Made by a program: the position numbers and the translations under genes. From Laetmonice hystrix (lineage: Eukaryota), in contig OZ249446.1 of assembly GCA_965235115.1 (NCBI GenBank), positions 7,130,001-7,194,000 of the forward strand: 64,000 bases of DNA. The letters run 5' to 3'. Positions 48,601-61,295 of the stretch are shown piece after piece; within the stretch, counting starts at the first letter, position 1, and each line of letters starts with the position of its first letter. Under the pieces are notes generated by a model. The model saw only the letters and a list, made by a program, of their open reading frames with translations. It was not told where the DNA came from and searched no databases.

Positions 48601-51600
48601 ACGGTGCCCTTGACCTGATTTGGTTTCATGGCGACCCAATTTAAAACAGGAAGCCGATGTCTGGTGTGCACCTTCTTCTTGATTGACATAGCTGTTGGGA
48701 AACAGAGAAACTGACATCATAACATAACGGTGGCCATTCTGGTTAAACATTATCTCTCACCTACCGATCGTCTTTCTTCATGAAAAACTAACCAATATAA
48801 CAGGGGAAACAACACCAAAAAATCTTTGGGAGTGTCCATGGTCTCAAACTTGGGGTCCTGGGAAACTTACAAAAACTTACTACTCGTCATGGTCGCATGG
48901 TCTTTTAGAACTTTCCATATTTTCTAATTGTATGCATACATTTAATTCATCTTCTCCATTTCACCACAAAAAATTAAATCCCTAAAAGTGGAGTCCGGTT
49001 ATAACGAACACGCTTATAACGAAATCCCGCATATAGCGAAGTCAATCTCATTAACGGAATCGGTCTCTGTCATGTTTAATATAATTTAGTACGGATGTAT
49101 CGAAGTTTGCCTATAACAACAAGTTTCCGCTTATAACAAAGGACTTTCCAGCCCCAAAGTGACAACTTCCCGGAATGAACTCCCTAAACTGGACACGTCA
49201 TTACGTAATTGTAATTGGGGGGGGGGGGGCGGTTTACTGACTTCCTTGGGATCTCTGCCTTGCCCACAGGCACATGTTTAGCTTGCCTACTGGCGGTGAC
49301 TTGTGAAGAAAAGAGCGACTTGTCACCGACTTGGCCAAAAATAAATGCCGACTTTTGCCACCTGAGGGGCCATGGTCTGTAGGCCGAGGCCTACCTATAC
49401 TAAATCAGAATCTAGTAGGGAGAGCCCCCCCCCCCGAATTTTTTCCGTGGTCCCAATACTTTGTTATAACCGGACTCCACTGGACTACGGTCACTACCCA
49501 GACCTACTAGAAAACGAGTTTTTAAAGAGAAATAAGGCTGAATATAGCAGCAATCGAAGGGCGCAGTGACATAGAAGTATTTAGAACATGTATTACAAAA
49601 AATGCCACCGATGCACTTAGAAACATGCTTTGTTTGACCTTAATGACACCTTAATCTCTGCCAATATATGTTTCAGTTATGCACAATAGCTGTTACCAAG
49701 ACATTTATAACTTTATTGTGGACTTCTAACAAAATTAAACCTTTATCATGACAGGCTGACTTGATTAATATTCTACATATCTCTGCTGTTGTAGAACAAC
49801 TCAAGCCATCATGAACACACCATGTTTTGGTATCTAGAGTCTGAGAGCCTCGGAGATCAGTGACACCTAATGTGACAACTCTAGTAATGACAAATAATAC
49901 ATCCGTAAACCAATGTTCTTAACGTCCTGCTGGTTCAATAACTGGTAACTGCAGCATTTTGTAACAAGGAAGTTCACATCAGACACACCAATCATGCCTA
50001 TCAGATCAAGTTAACACAGACCGGGATATCTATATCATCTAATCTCACTACAAACAGAGATGGAGACAAAGTAACTTGAAATATTTGTACCATGCTAGAT
50101 TCTCTGGGTTCACTGATAACAATATCACTCTGATCCCGCACCCCACCGCTCCTAATGGCAATCATCAAAAATATTACGTGATGGTGATGCTGATACCCGA
50201 GGGATTACCGCGATTTCTTTTTTTGGTCACACATCGACAACTAAAGTGATCATGATGGTTAAGACAAGGTTCAGGGAGTAATAAAAGGCTGAATAAGGAA
50301 CCTATTGTCTTCCAGGGAGCGGGTCTACTTTACCCTGCAGGGTTTCCTGCAGGCCCCTTTGGGGGGGGGGGGAGACTCCCCCCATTATTCAGCTACTCCC
50401 CCCAAAAATATTTCCAAGCGGAAATATTTTGCATTACTCTCTCCCCCCCCCAAACTCGCAGCATTCCCCCCCAAAAGTCGAAAATTTCCAGGAAAGCCTG
50501 CCCTGTGCGGTAAGGCATGACCCTGGACGAAACAAACTGAGTATGGACTTACAACTATTTAATTAAACGTTCAATCCATCACTAAGTGATCTCTTACTTA
50601 TTGCTACACTGAGATACATCTGACTTAACCACCTGATGAACGATGATTTAATACAACCAGACTAACATAACACAACCCTTCCCTCCTACCCACAGAATTC
50701 AAGGGTACAGACGATCTCACTGACACTGATCATGCGAGGTAGATCACAAACACAACGTCACTGAATAAATTACCATTGCCATATGGATCAAACTCTGAAA
50801 ACAACGTGGGGAAAAACATCAGGAAATGCACGTCAATATTTCTTACCAACCTAGAGGTATATAACTTCAGAAGAAATCTTAAACTTCAGCAACTTGGATT
50901 GTGGTTTGAAAGTCAATCCTGTGGTTCAGCCATTATTGCTGTCATACTATTCTAGGTGGGTTTATTTATTACACAAATCATGGAACACAGATTCCATTGT
51001 TCACACCCAGTTACCGGTATTTGAACCGATATATAATATTGGTCCCGACTCCCTGACCATTCTCATTCTCTTTTATATACCTGCTTGTACAATTCATCAT
51101 TTAAAACAATAACATTGTGGACACAAGCAGTAAATATATCCGTCTCTATGTGTAATCCTCAAATACCCTATCTTCATATTTTGTAAGATTTCAGAATTTG
51201 TGCATGGACTTTGTTTATTCAGTCAGGTGTGGAGGACGTACCTGGAAGTGGAGGTGCACCCATCCCTGGCGGTGGTGGTGGCATGGGAGGCCCACGACCA
51301 AAGCCTGGTGGTGGCGGTGGTGGTGGTGGAGGTGGGGGTGCCATGGGAGGTGGTGGCGGTGGTGGAGGTGGTGGTGGTGGTGCCATCATGGCGGGCGGCG
51401 AGGCTGGCGGAGAGGCAGGACTTTGTCGGGCAGCTGAAACATCAACACGAACAACGTGAGAACAATACAAACAGAACGGTTTTAACGTGAGAAACAGAGG
51501 ACGGAATAGTAAGAAGGTTCTATCTGGTGGATATAAAGAAATGAGCTGAAGTGATTTTGGCGGGAAAACACAACAAATCTTGCCACGACATTCCATTTTT

Positions 51601-54600
51601 TTAAAAATCACACCAATGTCAATAAGATCCTGTGAATGAATTAGAGTCATTCCTCCCTCACGATTTGAATATTTGGACACGTGACAGTACTGCCTGCATT
51701 GGGCAGCCATTCGTGTCACTCTTGGCCACTGCAGGGTGAAAGAATATCTCAGAGTACAATCTTACTGGCTAATGTGTGAGTGCTACGACCTTGTCAAAGT
51801 GTTGTCTGTACTTAGGGTATATTAGTTTGTACATAAGAGTCCTGAAAATATTGCAACCAAGAGGAAAAGAAAAGCATACGGCTAGTATACAAAAGAGAAG
51901 GTATCGATTTAGGGGACAGCAACTATTTCCTACGGAGACTACCTACTTAATAAAAAAAACATACATTTCTCCACCTGCGTTATCTCATATTTGAAATGTC
52001 ATCTACCTATTATTATTTAATCACTTAATCTCCACATTCTGAGACCATGTCCTCTGTTTTTAAGGCCATTCTCCTCAGTTCGATGAACAGAAGAGATGCT
52101 AGTCCCATGTGTAACTGGACCAACTAGAAATTCTAATACAATTTCTAGAGCCAGTTAATTATGATGAAACACACAAAACCAATGGCAATTGGATTCGGGA
52201 TATAGGACAAAGGGGGTATATTAGGATGACAACTTCAGTGAATAATTCATAACAGTGATAAGAATACCTAATCATTCACGTCATGAGAATCTACCAAAGA
52301 CATTGTGAATACAAAACAATGGGGGAGGGAACCTAAAAAACGGGGAGGGAACCAAAAAAAAACAAGCAATATTTGCAAAAGGCCTATGATTTACTGCTGT
52401 CAAACTTACAAAGAAATATACTTGAAAATATAATTCAAAGTTTCTAACAACAGGCTGAAGGACACTAAACAAATGTACTACCTTAAAACAAAAGCTAAGT
52501 TACTTTATATAACTCTCATTCACAGAACTGTGAAACCATCACCAAAAAATGTTAGCATCTTGTAATTGAAAGTATGAAAGGGGAGTACTGTTGAACGATG
52601 AACAGAATGTACTGTCTCTATATCAAACAGAACACAGTGTTATTGGCATGCAACCATTTCTGAACTAACAGTAAACGAATCATGCGGTTACCCTCTCTTT
52701 CCTCCTGGGCCGCGGTCATGGCTGTGGGCGGGGCAAAGGGCAAACAAACATCACCAAGAAAGTTAGGAATCATAGACCGGTCCCTAATGGGAAACAAATT
52801 ACATTTTTTCTATACGGGACTGCATGGGCAACTACCTAACCTTCAACAGGATGGGCGGAATCTGGGATATGTCAGTTTCCTATCCACTAACTTGAAAGGC
52901 GGTTGGGTTTTTTTTTTCAAAGTCAGATAGGAAATATAAAACTAGGTATCCATAAAAGTTGTATTTTGAATTATAAATAATGCCAGAGGATAACAAAATA
53001 GGTAACGAGTAAGATACAGTAGAGAAAAGATAGCAAAACTGTGTTGGTATTGTGGGGTATTTGTCTCTGACAAGCCTGGATGAAGGCAATCAGATTGCAT
53101 TTACCGGGGTACTTTTACACCGAGACTGAACAGCTAGATGCTAGTATTCCGTGCAACCTGGGAGCACATATATAGTGCACTATCAAAGTTGATTGTGCAG
53201 GACATAGCCAAGATATGACCTACATGCTAACACTGTTATTATCAAATATAATCTCATGGACGTTTGGGTGTGGATGGACCATTCTACCAGTAAATATTGA
53301 CTCCGTACAACACCTGCACCCGGTCACACCCTGTTTCTGCCAGACGTCGCTGTCCACTTTGTCGACTGTATACGACCGGTACCCTACCTTTCATGTTCTC
53401 ACGCAGCTGCTCCAGCTCGCGAAGCTTCTCCTCGAGCTGACTCTGTTTGAAGTTTGTCTCCTCTTCCTTGGTTGTCACCATCTGGAGGAGCTGCTGCAGG
53501 TCACCCTCCTGTTTCTCCGTCAGCTCCTGCAGGGGGCAGCACATGTACAGTCAGTTGATGGACTGGGCAGGAAACTACCGGTACTAAGATTGGCCAACAC
53601 TGCTGTTCATTTGCACTGGATTCTTTAAAAGTAATTTTACCGTTTCACATTGTTTAACTCTCTTTTGAACTAAAACTGCACTTACTTGTAACCTTTCTCG
53701 GTCCAATAACGTTTCATTAAACTGTTTTTCCAACTCAGCTGCAACAGGGGAAAAATGTCTTCAGTCAAACGTCTATATACATTGTACCGGTATTTGGATT
53801 TTTGCTGTCAGAATGTACACTGAACAAGATCACAGTTAATGCTGTGAAATTCAAAAGCAGGAAAGGAGTTAACTTTACTGTGAAACTCACCTATTTTTGC
53901 AATGGCCTCATCTTCGATTTCTTGTGCCCGTTCATTTGCCTTCAGAAATATACGAAAAGATTCATTTAGGACAATGGTTTGCATTCCAAAACAAATTTGT
54001 TAATGAAGCTAACAAAACCAGTTTACGTAACATGCCCAACTGATAAATACATCATTTAGACTAGGTATCTTAAATAAGTTTCCAACTTAGCCAACCATTG
54101 AAAAAATACCCTTTCCCTTAAACCTATTTTCCGACCCTGAATGTGATGTAAAAATTTAAAAATTAGGACTGTTTTTCTGAAGAGCAACATAAACGAACTG
54201 TTAATGAAAAACGTTGCTATTTTCCTCCAGTAATTTCAGAGTGGACGAATAGGCAGACCGTGTTGAAAACCCCACAGCAACCATCAGTCCCTAACCGGAG
54301 ACCTTGGCCCTGATCCCAATGACAGCTGCATGTTATGACTGAGTTTAACCTCTACCCTCAGTCCCGAGGAGAAACAGGAACAAGCTCTGTTACCTTCCAT
54401 CTCCATCTGTGTGCTTTACGCACTAGCAGCTAACACACCATGAAATAATACTTGTACAATGAGAAAACACTGTCGCAGAATGCAGGGATTTACATGGTAC
54501 CAAGGTATGTAAGTTCTTTGATGGTACCTAGGGCAAGTTCTATGAACCTCACATTAGAGCCCTTACAGCTAGTCACATTGCAATTTGTATATTGTGGATT

Positions 54601-56892
54601 AACTGCACTGGTAAGCCAAACTCACATGGGATAAGTTTTCCTCCAGGTCCGCCACCTTCTCCAGGGCAGCGTTCTTGGTATCAGAATCCTCCAGCAACAT
54701 TGCCACATCAATCATGTTGTCCAAGTATGCATTCACCTGGACACTCAGTCGGTCGCTCTCAGTGTTGCGAAGTTTCTGAAGTTAGCAACACAAACTTTGA
54801 GGTGTGACCAAAAATTTACTCAATACTCCCAGGCTCAAAAAAGCCAAATTAGTAGCTTTCAATTTCCGTCACTACAAAAAAAATAAAATTATGCTATTTT
54901 TACCTAGGTAACATTACCCCACTAGGATACTTGGAATAAAAGGAGAAAGATATTCTCCAAAACCCAACAGAAGACAAACTCAAGCCCCGTCTGCCATGGC
55001 CTTATTTGCCAAGCTTATTTCCTACATTCTTGCTCAGGTTGTCCTGCTAATAGCAATCTTTTATTTCCAGTATACCATCAGTGTATTCTGCTTACCTCTA
55101 AATATGCGTCTAGTCCTATGAGGGTGAACTCATGCTGGAGGTGAACTCGGAAGTTCATATCCTCCACAGAATGTACGACTATGTTGACAAACTGCATGCA
55201 GGCCACCTGGTGACCAAAACAAGACTTACTGAACTGACTGGTCATCATACATACATCATCAACAAGTGGTGATACTATATGAAAACGGAGAATTCTCTCC
55301 TTACTACACGTTGATAATATAACTTGTTTGTATAAGATGCATGAAGCAGTTTCTACTGCTGGAAATCCACTCTTTATATCAAAAGTTTATAATACAAAAA
55401 ATGTAAATAATGACATACAATTTTAGCCTGTACATACCATGAAGTCAATGTGAAACTCTTCATAGTTTTTGAAATAATGCATCAAAGTTTCAAAGCGATA
55501 CCGCTCATTGCAGCATTCTTTGAAGTTATCAAAAGCACTGAGGATTATTTGGTGGCCACCGCTGACGAGGCAAACTGCCGCGAGAAGTTCAAGTACGAGA
55601 GCCTTTGTACGGAGGCTCCGGTGGTTAAGACTGAGGGCAATGCAGTTAATGGCTTGCTTGTGAGCGAAAACCAAGTTGAATCCATACTAAAACAAAGAAT
55701 GTCAGAAATTTATGTCAGGCGATGTACTCACTGAGGAATTCTGTCTGGAAAAAATTGACAACAGAATACTGGAGAAAGACTCATGTATACATTAAATGTA
55801 CATTTTTTCTTATCCAACCTACCTCAGGAAAAAACTGATTTTTCAGTCAGAACAAAACAAGTGTATATGTACTTACCTGATGATTCATGATGGCACGCAA
55901 ACACATGATACAAACATGAACATCATCGGTTGCATCCCCAAAATTTAACTTGGAATTTGACATCTTTAACCGGGAGGCCCGTTTGGTTCGCGGGGTGTTG
56001 GCAGAACCCCTCCGGCTTGGCAGGCTCCCATTGTTACTCGTTGCATCCTCGTCTGGTGTTCCTGGACTGCTGTCTAACTGTTCCCGCCTACAGGAAAGCC
56101 AGTTATGACTGTCATAAACACATATCTTACCTATTTTCCATACAATCCATGAATTATAAAACTTCAGGAAAAGTAGTTACAGCATGAAGGCTCATCACCA
56201 GTACCAGCTAGGCTAATGACAGTCCAAATATCCCCAACCCCCAGACACCCCACATGAACTCATTGAAGTCTACACTTCAACCTGACCCCGGCACACATTA
56301 ACTAGCCGGCGTGGCGCTAGGAGGCGCTGCCTACCTCATGAGGACCTGCGTGTAGGAGAGGTAGTCAATGAGAACATCTAGGCCACTGTTCTCTTCATTC
56401 AGAAACTCCCGCACCCACCTGAAACACCCAACAGAGCGACTCTCACTTTAACACTTAAACAGTTCACATAACCTTGGCCCTCAGGGTAAATACAATCCAA
56501 CTCAGATTAGAATTACAAATAACACCTGAGGAAATGCAAATAATAAAGCCTGTTGCAAGGATCTTTTCATCTGGGCCTTACTACTAAGGCCAGGTGTACA
56601 TCAAACTTTAAAAAAAATCAAATCATCCGTTTGAACAGTTTAGATTTAATTGGACATGACGTCCTCCATATTTCACAGCTACACAGAAAGATGTGCAGTT
56701 TGATCTTGAAAAGGTAGGTTGTTAAAAGAATCACTGAAAAGTGAAAATTTCTGTGGTTTAAGATTTTGTGCACTGACATGGGAGCAATGACTTTATGACG
56801 TAGAAAACTCACTCAATGTGGTTGGTCCTCAGGGATATTTCCAAATCTCGCAGCGTTTGTGTTGATGTCGCATCTCCCAACATGCGACGTTT
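36687..56892 (-). CDS. FMNL: Formin-like protein (FMNL/FRL subfamily: GBD/FH3, FH1, FH2, DAD-type tail); 5'-partial, 931 aa reconstructed
   Basis: 24 exons (minus): 56892-56813, 56418-56335, 56087-55877, 55686-55438, 55206-55096, 54775-54626, 53939-53891, 53738-53686, 53526-53388, 52721-52692, 51433-51242, 48691-48567, 48346-48187, 48030-47973, 47625-47556, 47413-47336, 47010-46924, 46711-46643, 46417-46337, 46106-45977, 45815-45541, 44263-44156, 37086-36981, 36787-36687. Total 2796 nt in frame. Motifs [54 protein letters not shown], poly-Pro FH1, [41 protein letters not shown]. The myristoylation/Pro-rich N-terminus was not found in the window. Confidence 0.95.
40859..40872 (-). promoter_or_regulatory. 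CTCF-like motif in the last long FMNL intron
   Basis: Minus CCGGTAGGTGGCAG(TGC); the identical 14-mer occurs on plus at 61282-61295. Confidence 0.4.
41646..41715 (-). other. Candidate alternative FMNL exon (70 nt)
   Basis: Long pyrimidine tract plus AAG acceptor, open in phase 0 ([23 protein letters not shown]+A), strong donor GTAAGG. Confidence 0.35.
48987..49482. mobile_element. pogo/Tigger-like MITE with an internal insertion, FMNL intron
   Basis: TIR AGTGGAGTCCGGTTATAAC / GTTATAACCGGACTCCACTG and repeated TTATAACGAA subterminal motifs. Confidence 0.75.
50338..50500. mobile_element. Small MITE with hAT-like termini and a 5-bp flanking duplication
   Basis: CAGGGTTTCCTG / CAGGAAAGCCTG; CCCTG immediately flanks both ends. 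Confidence 0.65.
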
Positions 56893-59800
56893 CTGAAAGA
56901 AAACTCAGAATTTTGATATAACATTCCTTCTTCCTACTACGCAACTGGTCTTAAAAAAAACTTCGTCACTCGAGGATAATCTCTTTGCTCAGCAAATAGC
57001 AAAGAAATATGCAAATGCTGAAGGGCAAAGATAGACAAATCAAAGCGAAGATACCATAAGGACACATGAATTTTGTTCATCTCAGTATTTGCGTTCGGTT
57101 CATGCGGAAAAGGCAAAATTGAGGATAAGGATAATCGTTCCAGCGCTGCCGTGACGTGACTAAGATCTAAGGTGTTTCCAACGTCTGTCGTCATGGCAAC
57201 GTCTCCACGGGTATCACTGCACACACACACATCCACACACCTCCTCGCCAACAGATTTATGAGTACGTCATGTGCCGCACACATCTTTTTTTTCAATCCC
57301 ACACGGTTTAATAAGGCGGGGTCGTGACCTCCTGACCCGCAGCCGTCACCACCTCCTCAGGTCACCACCGAGGGCGCCACTAACGCCCTGACCCCAATCA
57401 CGCGTGAAGATGGAGAACGTCTTTTTGGCGGCCGCCGCCAGGGGACGGGCAGGTGGCCAGCTGGGAACGCTGGGCGAACGCTTGGATCTTCTCCAGTACG
57501 TCATTGTTCTCAGAGTGCGTCTCGCCCCGGGGCCAAGTGTCCATGCACTTACCGCACCTCGGTCACCATACATCACATAAATATAGATTTATGCTCTACT
57601 TGTAGGATTGTCTGGGAATTGGCAACTTACCGGAAAAGCACTATTATTCTGTACAGGCTTTTGTTTTGACCATTCTGGAATATCTCTGCACAAAGTATGC
57701 CTCCACAGAGCTTCATCCTGACACTCGTTACTAGGAATTACACTGAAGCTCAGGGTTGACCCGAGTGTTTACAGGTTTATTATCAATATGAAACGGAATG
57801 AATGTTTAATAATTATTACTATTAGTTAATACATATGATGTCTGACACGTATGTGAATTTCTTTTATATATTATGTGTATTTATAAATGAAAATGAATAA
57901 AGACCTATATGGGACAAAGTTTTGCAAAAGTTTTCTGTCCTCAACATTCACAGCAACACGTGTGTTACTGTGGAACCTTCCTGTTAGGTCATCTACTCAC
58001 TTATATCAATTCACTCTACGAATTTTCTTGCATGAATGTCACAACTTAATTGCAGAGAACCTGAAAATAACATAAACTAGTCTGTAATTTTAAGGAAGAG
58101 TTATTATGTGAGTCCATGTGCTCTGGTCGGACCGTGGGACCATTGCTGTGATCTCCAGCGTCTGATCAATCTGATGTGATCTTTCCCCGCCAGGTGTCTC
58201 TGCTTGCACCCACTACCACAGAAAGCACCTCTCCAGTGATGCCCACACCTCTTGGTTTAACCAGCCACAGTGCTGTACACACCTCTCCAGTCTGCCCTAA
58301 TCAAGAGTCAGCCAGACTCCCTAATCACTAGGAGACACGGTCAGTCTAACAAGCAGTAAGCCCTACACTCAGACAAGACACTACATGGATAAGAACACGA
58401 GTAGATTAGTTCTGGCAGTGCCGAGTCGGACCTGTCAGACAAAATCAAAGAGTTTCATTCCCCAGGTAATTGTTATCGTTTTAATTGATTAGTAATGCCG
58501 ACAATAGATTCCGACGTGATCCACTTCTTCTCTTTGTCTTGATCTGAAAATGATTCTTTATTAATTAATGATTACTGATTACCCGAAATCTCTAAATACA
58601 ATTGGTAGATCGCTCCGTTACCGCCAGAGTAGGTCTCTGGAATATCACCAAGATGAGATTCCACACCATAAAAAGCTGCCTCTAAATCTAAGTTCTAATC
58701 TCTATAAGTACCGGAGGTAGAGGTAACTCAAGACACTTAGACTTAAGACTTAAGATTCAAGCGTCATCACCATGCCACCCAGACACCTGTAACCATGGTA
58801 ACCGATATCCACAGTAACCCCAACCAATCAGTGAGCAGTGTGGTCAGTCCTCATATTGACCCCTGGCGGAGGTCTTGGACAGGTAACTCTAGGACCAAGT
58901 ACCAAAGGTCAAGTACCAAGGTGGAGTACCACAGGTCAAGTGGATTAGGTCAGATAGATGTGATACACCGCCACAGACCTGGAGGTCACTGAAAAACATA
59001 TGGGCTTGGACCTCTAATTCAAACTGACACAGTAGCGCGACACTACAAAATCAAACGCTGAATGCAAATTCAGGAGAACCATGTCTAATGTTTCGAAGGA
59101 GCCCCGGTTTGCCTATCCCTAAAGTTTACAGAAAAATCAAGAAAGAAAACACAACAAATATATTGAGTGCTGATAAAAGGTTCTAAGGAAAAGTTAAAAT
59201 AGTATTTGACCTCACTGCCCCACAGGAGATTCCCGAAGGCCACAATACAACAGCGGAAACACATTCATAATTCGAGTTTACATTTCATGGTCGTTTTTCT
59301 AATCTGCTGTATCAATATCTGGGTTTTTCCTTTTCCACTGGAAAATTTACTAAACAAGTGTTGTGAAAGTACACCAACAAATAAATCAAGACAATCAATA
59401 AAGGATAGTTTAGAAATCAACAAACAACTCACAATAAACATTTTCCAATAGGGTTCAGGATGTACTTTTCCATGAGAAAACAAAGCTGGCCTTGCAACAC
59501 TGCTTTTATTACCGTGACGGGACTAAAACCTTCACCTCCACACAAATATCTCCATTTGAAAATTTCAGAGCAACGTTTTTCCAATCATAAATAATTGGCG
59601 GGTGTTAATTTCTTTAGACCTAAATACACATGTACATGCTAGTAGCTGTTGCTGTAATCTCATCTGCCTTTTTAAAACGTTGAAACAAAAAACCAATGCA
59701 ATATAAGGATTGACAGTTTATAATACATCATTCTCTAAAAACCAAAGTCCTTGAGAGAGAAGAGAGAGGGTAATAGGGATTGAGGGGAGGGGTGGGGGTT

Positions 59801-59923
59801 ATGAGGGGAGAGGGGGGCAGTGTTCCAGCAGGGGTTGCTGTGACAGGGTCAGTCCTGTGACCCGACCAAGCAGTTAGATACTCATACAGTAAACGCATGG
59901 ACCCAGCTCCGTGGTACACTTAC

Positions 59924-59974
59924 TTTGTAACGTGAAATTATTCGCCGGAAAGAGTTTTGGCGCTGAAAGGAACC
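59924..59974 (-). other. Candidate in-frame FMNL cassette exon (51 nt, GSFQRQNSFRRIISRYK)
   Basis: Acceptor TTGTGTTTCTGTTTTCAAG and donor AAA|GTAAGT; phase 0-0 and stop-free, compatible with the exon at 56892. Confidence 0.45.
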
Positions 59975-61281
59975 CTTGAAAACAGAAACACAACAACGGA
60001 CATGAATGATACGGCATGCGGCGGCAAACGACAACACAGCCACGATTCACATTAATACAGCCAGTGGTTAACTACATCAAAGGTCCTAATTAATCAAGTA
60101 AATCATTAATTAAGCAAATTAGCCGTGTTTATTCTGTCTACTAATATAGTTGGTGTTAGGAGAAACAAAATGACTTTGAGGAGTGTCAGACTACTGGTAA
60201 AAGTTGAGGTCACAACAGAACATGTTAATCTTAGGTAATAATAGTCTAACAAATTAATTGTTCAGGATTTAAAGCTAAACTGAGTGAATAAGTCAAAAGT
60301 CATATTAACAAAACTAAAACGTTAAACAAAATCTAACTGACTACGGTCATACTAGGTAACTTCAAAACATGAAACCATCATACATGTACATCACAATGTA
60401 CAACTCACTAAAAATATATCAATACCAGCAAAGTGGCAATATACATAGTTCATTGAGACAAAATAGGAGTACAGGGACTTCCTTTCAATAAAAGGCTTGG
60501 TTCATGGTATTTGTAGCCATCCTAGGGTGGGGTACATAAAGCTACCTTAGTTGTTTACCAGACAAAAACAAAAAACAAAAGAATTATGAGAAAGGTACTT
60601 TAACTCGTGGCATTTATCTCTAAGATGACCTTAACTTGGCCTACCCCCACCAAAACTCAATCAAGATTCAAACAACTTGACTATGGTAATCCTGGGATCG
60701 TGCGGGCCGGGTGCTTAATGTAGTCATGACGGATTGTAGGGTGCTATGTACGGTATGGGGTTTTCATCTATGCCTTCTCAGATCACATCCCACCGCAACT
60801 TTTCAACCCAAACAAAATGCAAACATTTATCGCCCAATCACTTCAGTCAAAGAAAACGATGGCTGCAATAACATCGATGGCGTCCCAGACACATTGCTGG
60901 GTTACTGCAGGATTTTCTTTGGGGTTGGGTGGGTGGCAGGGGAGTTGAACCACCTTGGGGGTGGGTTTTCAATTGTTATATAACCGCCTATTTAATACCC
61001 AAATGTCATACGGGAGACTTGCCTCAATGTTAAATGATAACTTGATTAGTCAGACGTAGACTGATCTCAAAGATTTCTCGACGAGCCAACTATGGATTCT
61101 ATTGGTCAGATACGAGCCACACCCCGCATCTGGCCCCGCCCCACGCTATCTCACCCCACCCCACTTAATGACGTGTGGTTTCCTTGGTGACAGACCACGC
61201 CCATCCCAAACGTCCCAATCCTCCCCACAAATAATGCCGGGTTCTCCAACTACAACCAATGGAACTTAACCTTGACAACGG

Positions 61282-61295
61282 CCGGTAGGTGGCAG
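61282..61295 (+). promoter_or_regulatory. CTCF-like motif within a GC-box/CRE-containing island
   Basis: CCGGTAGGTGGCAG, with GGCCCCGCCCC and TGACGT nearby (61130-61180). Confidence 0.4.

Noticed and set aside
51198-51490. Gly-rich and Trp/Arg-rich plus ORFs
   Set aside because: Antisense shadows of the FMNL poly-proline FH1 exon.
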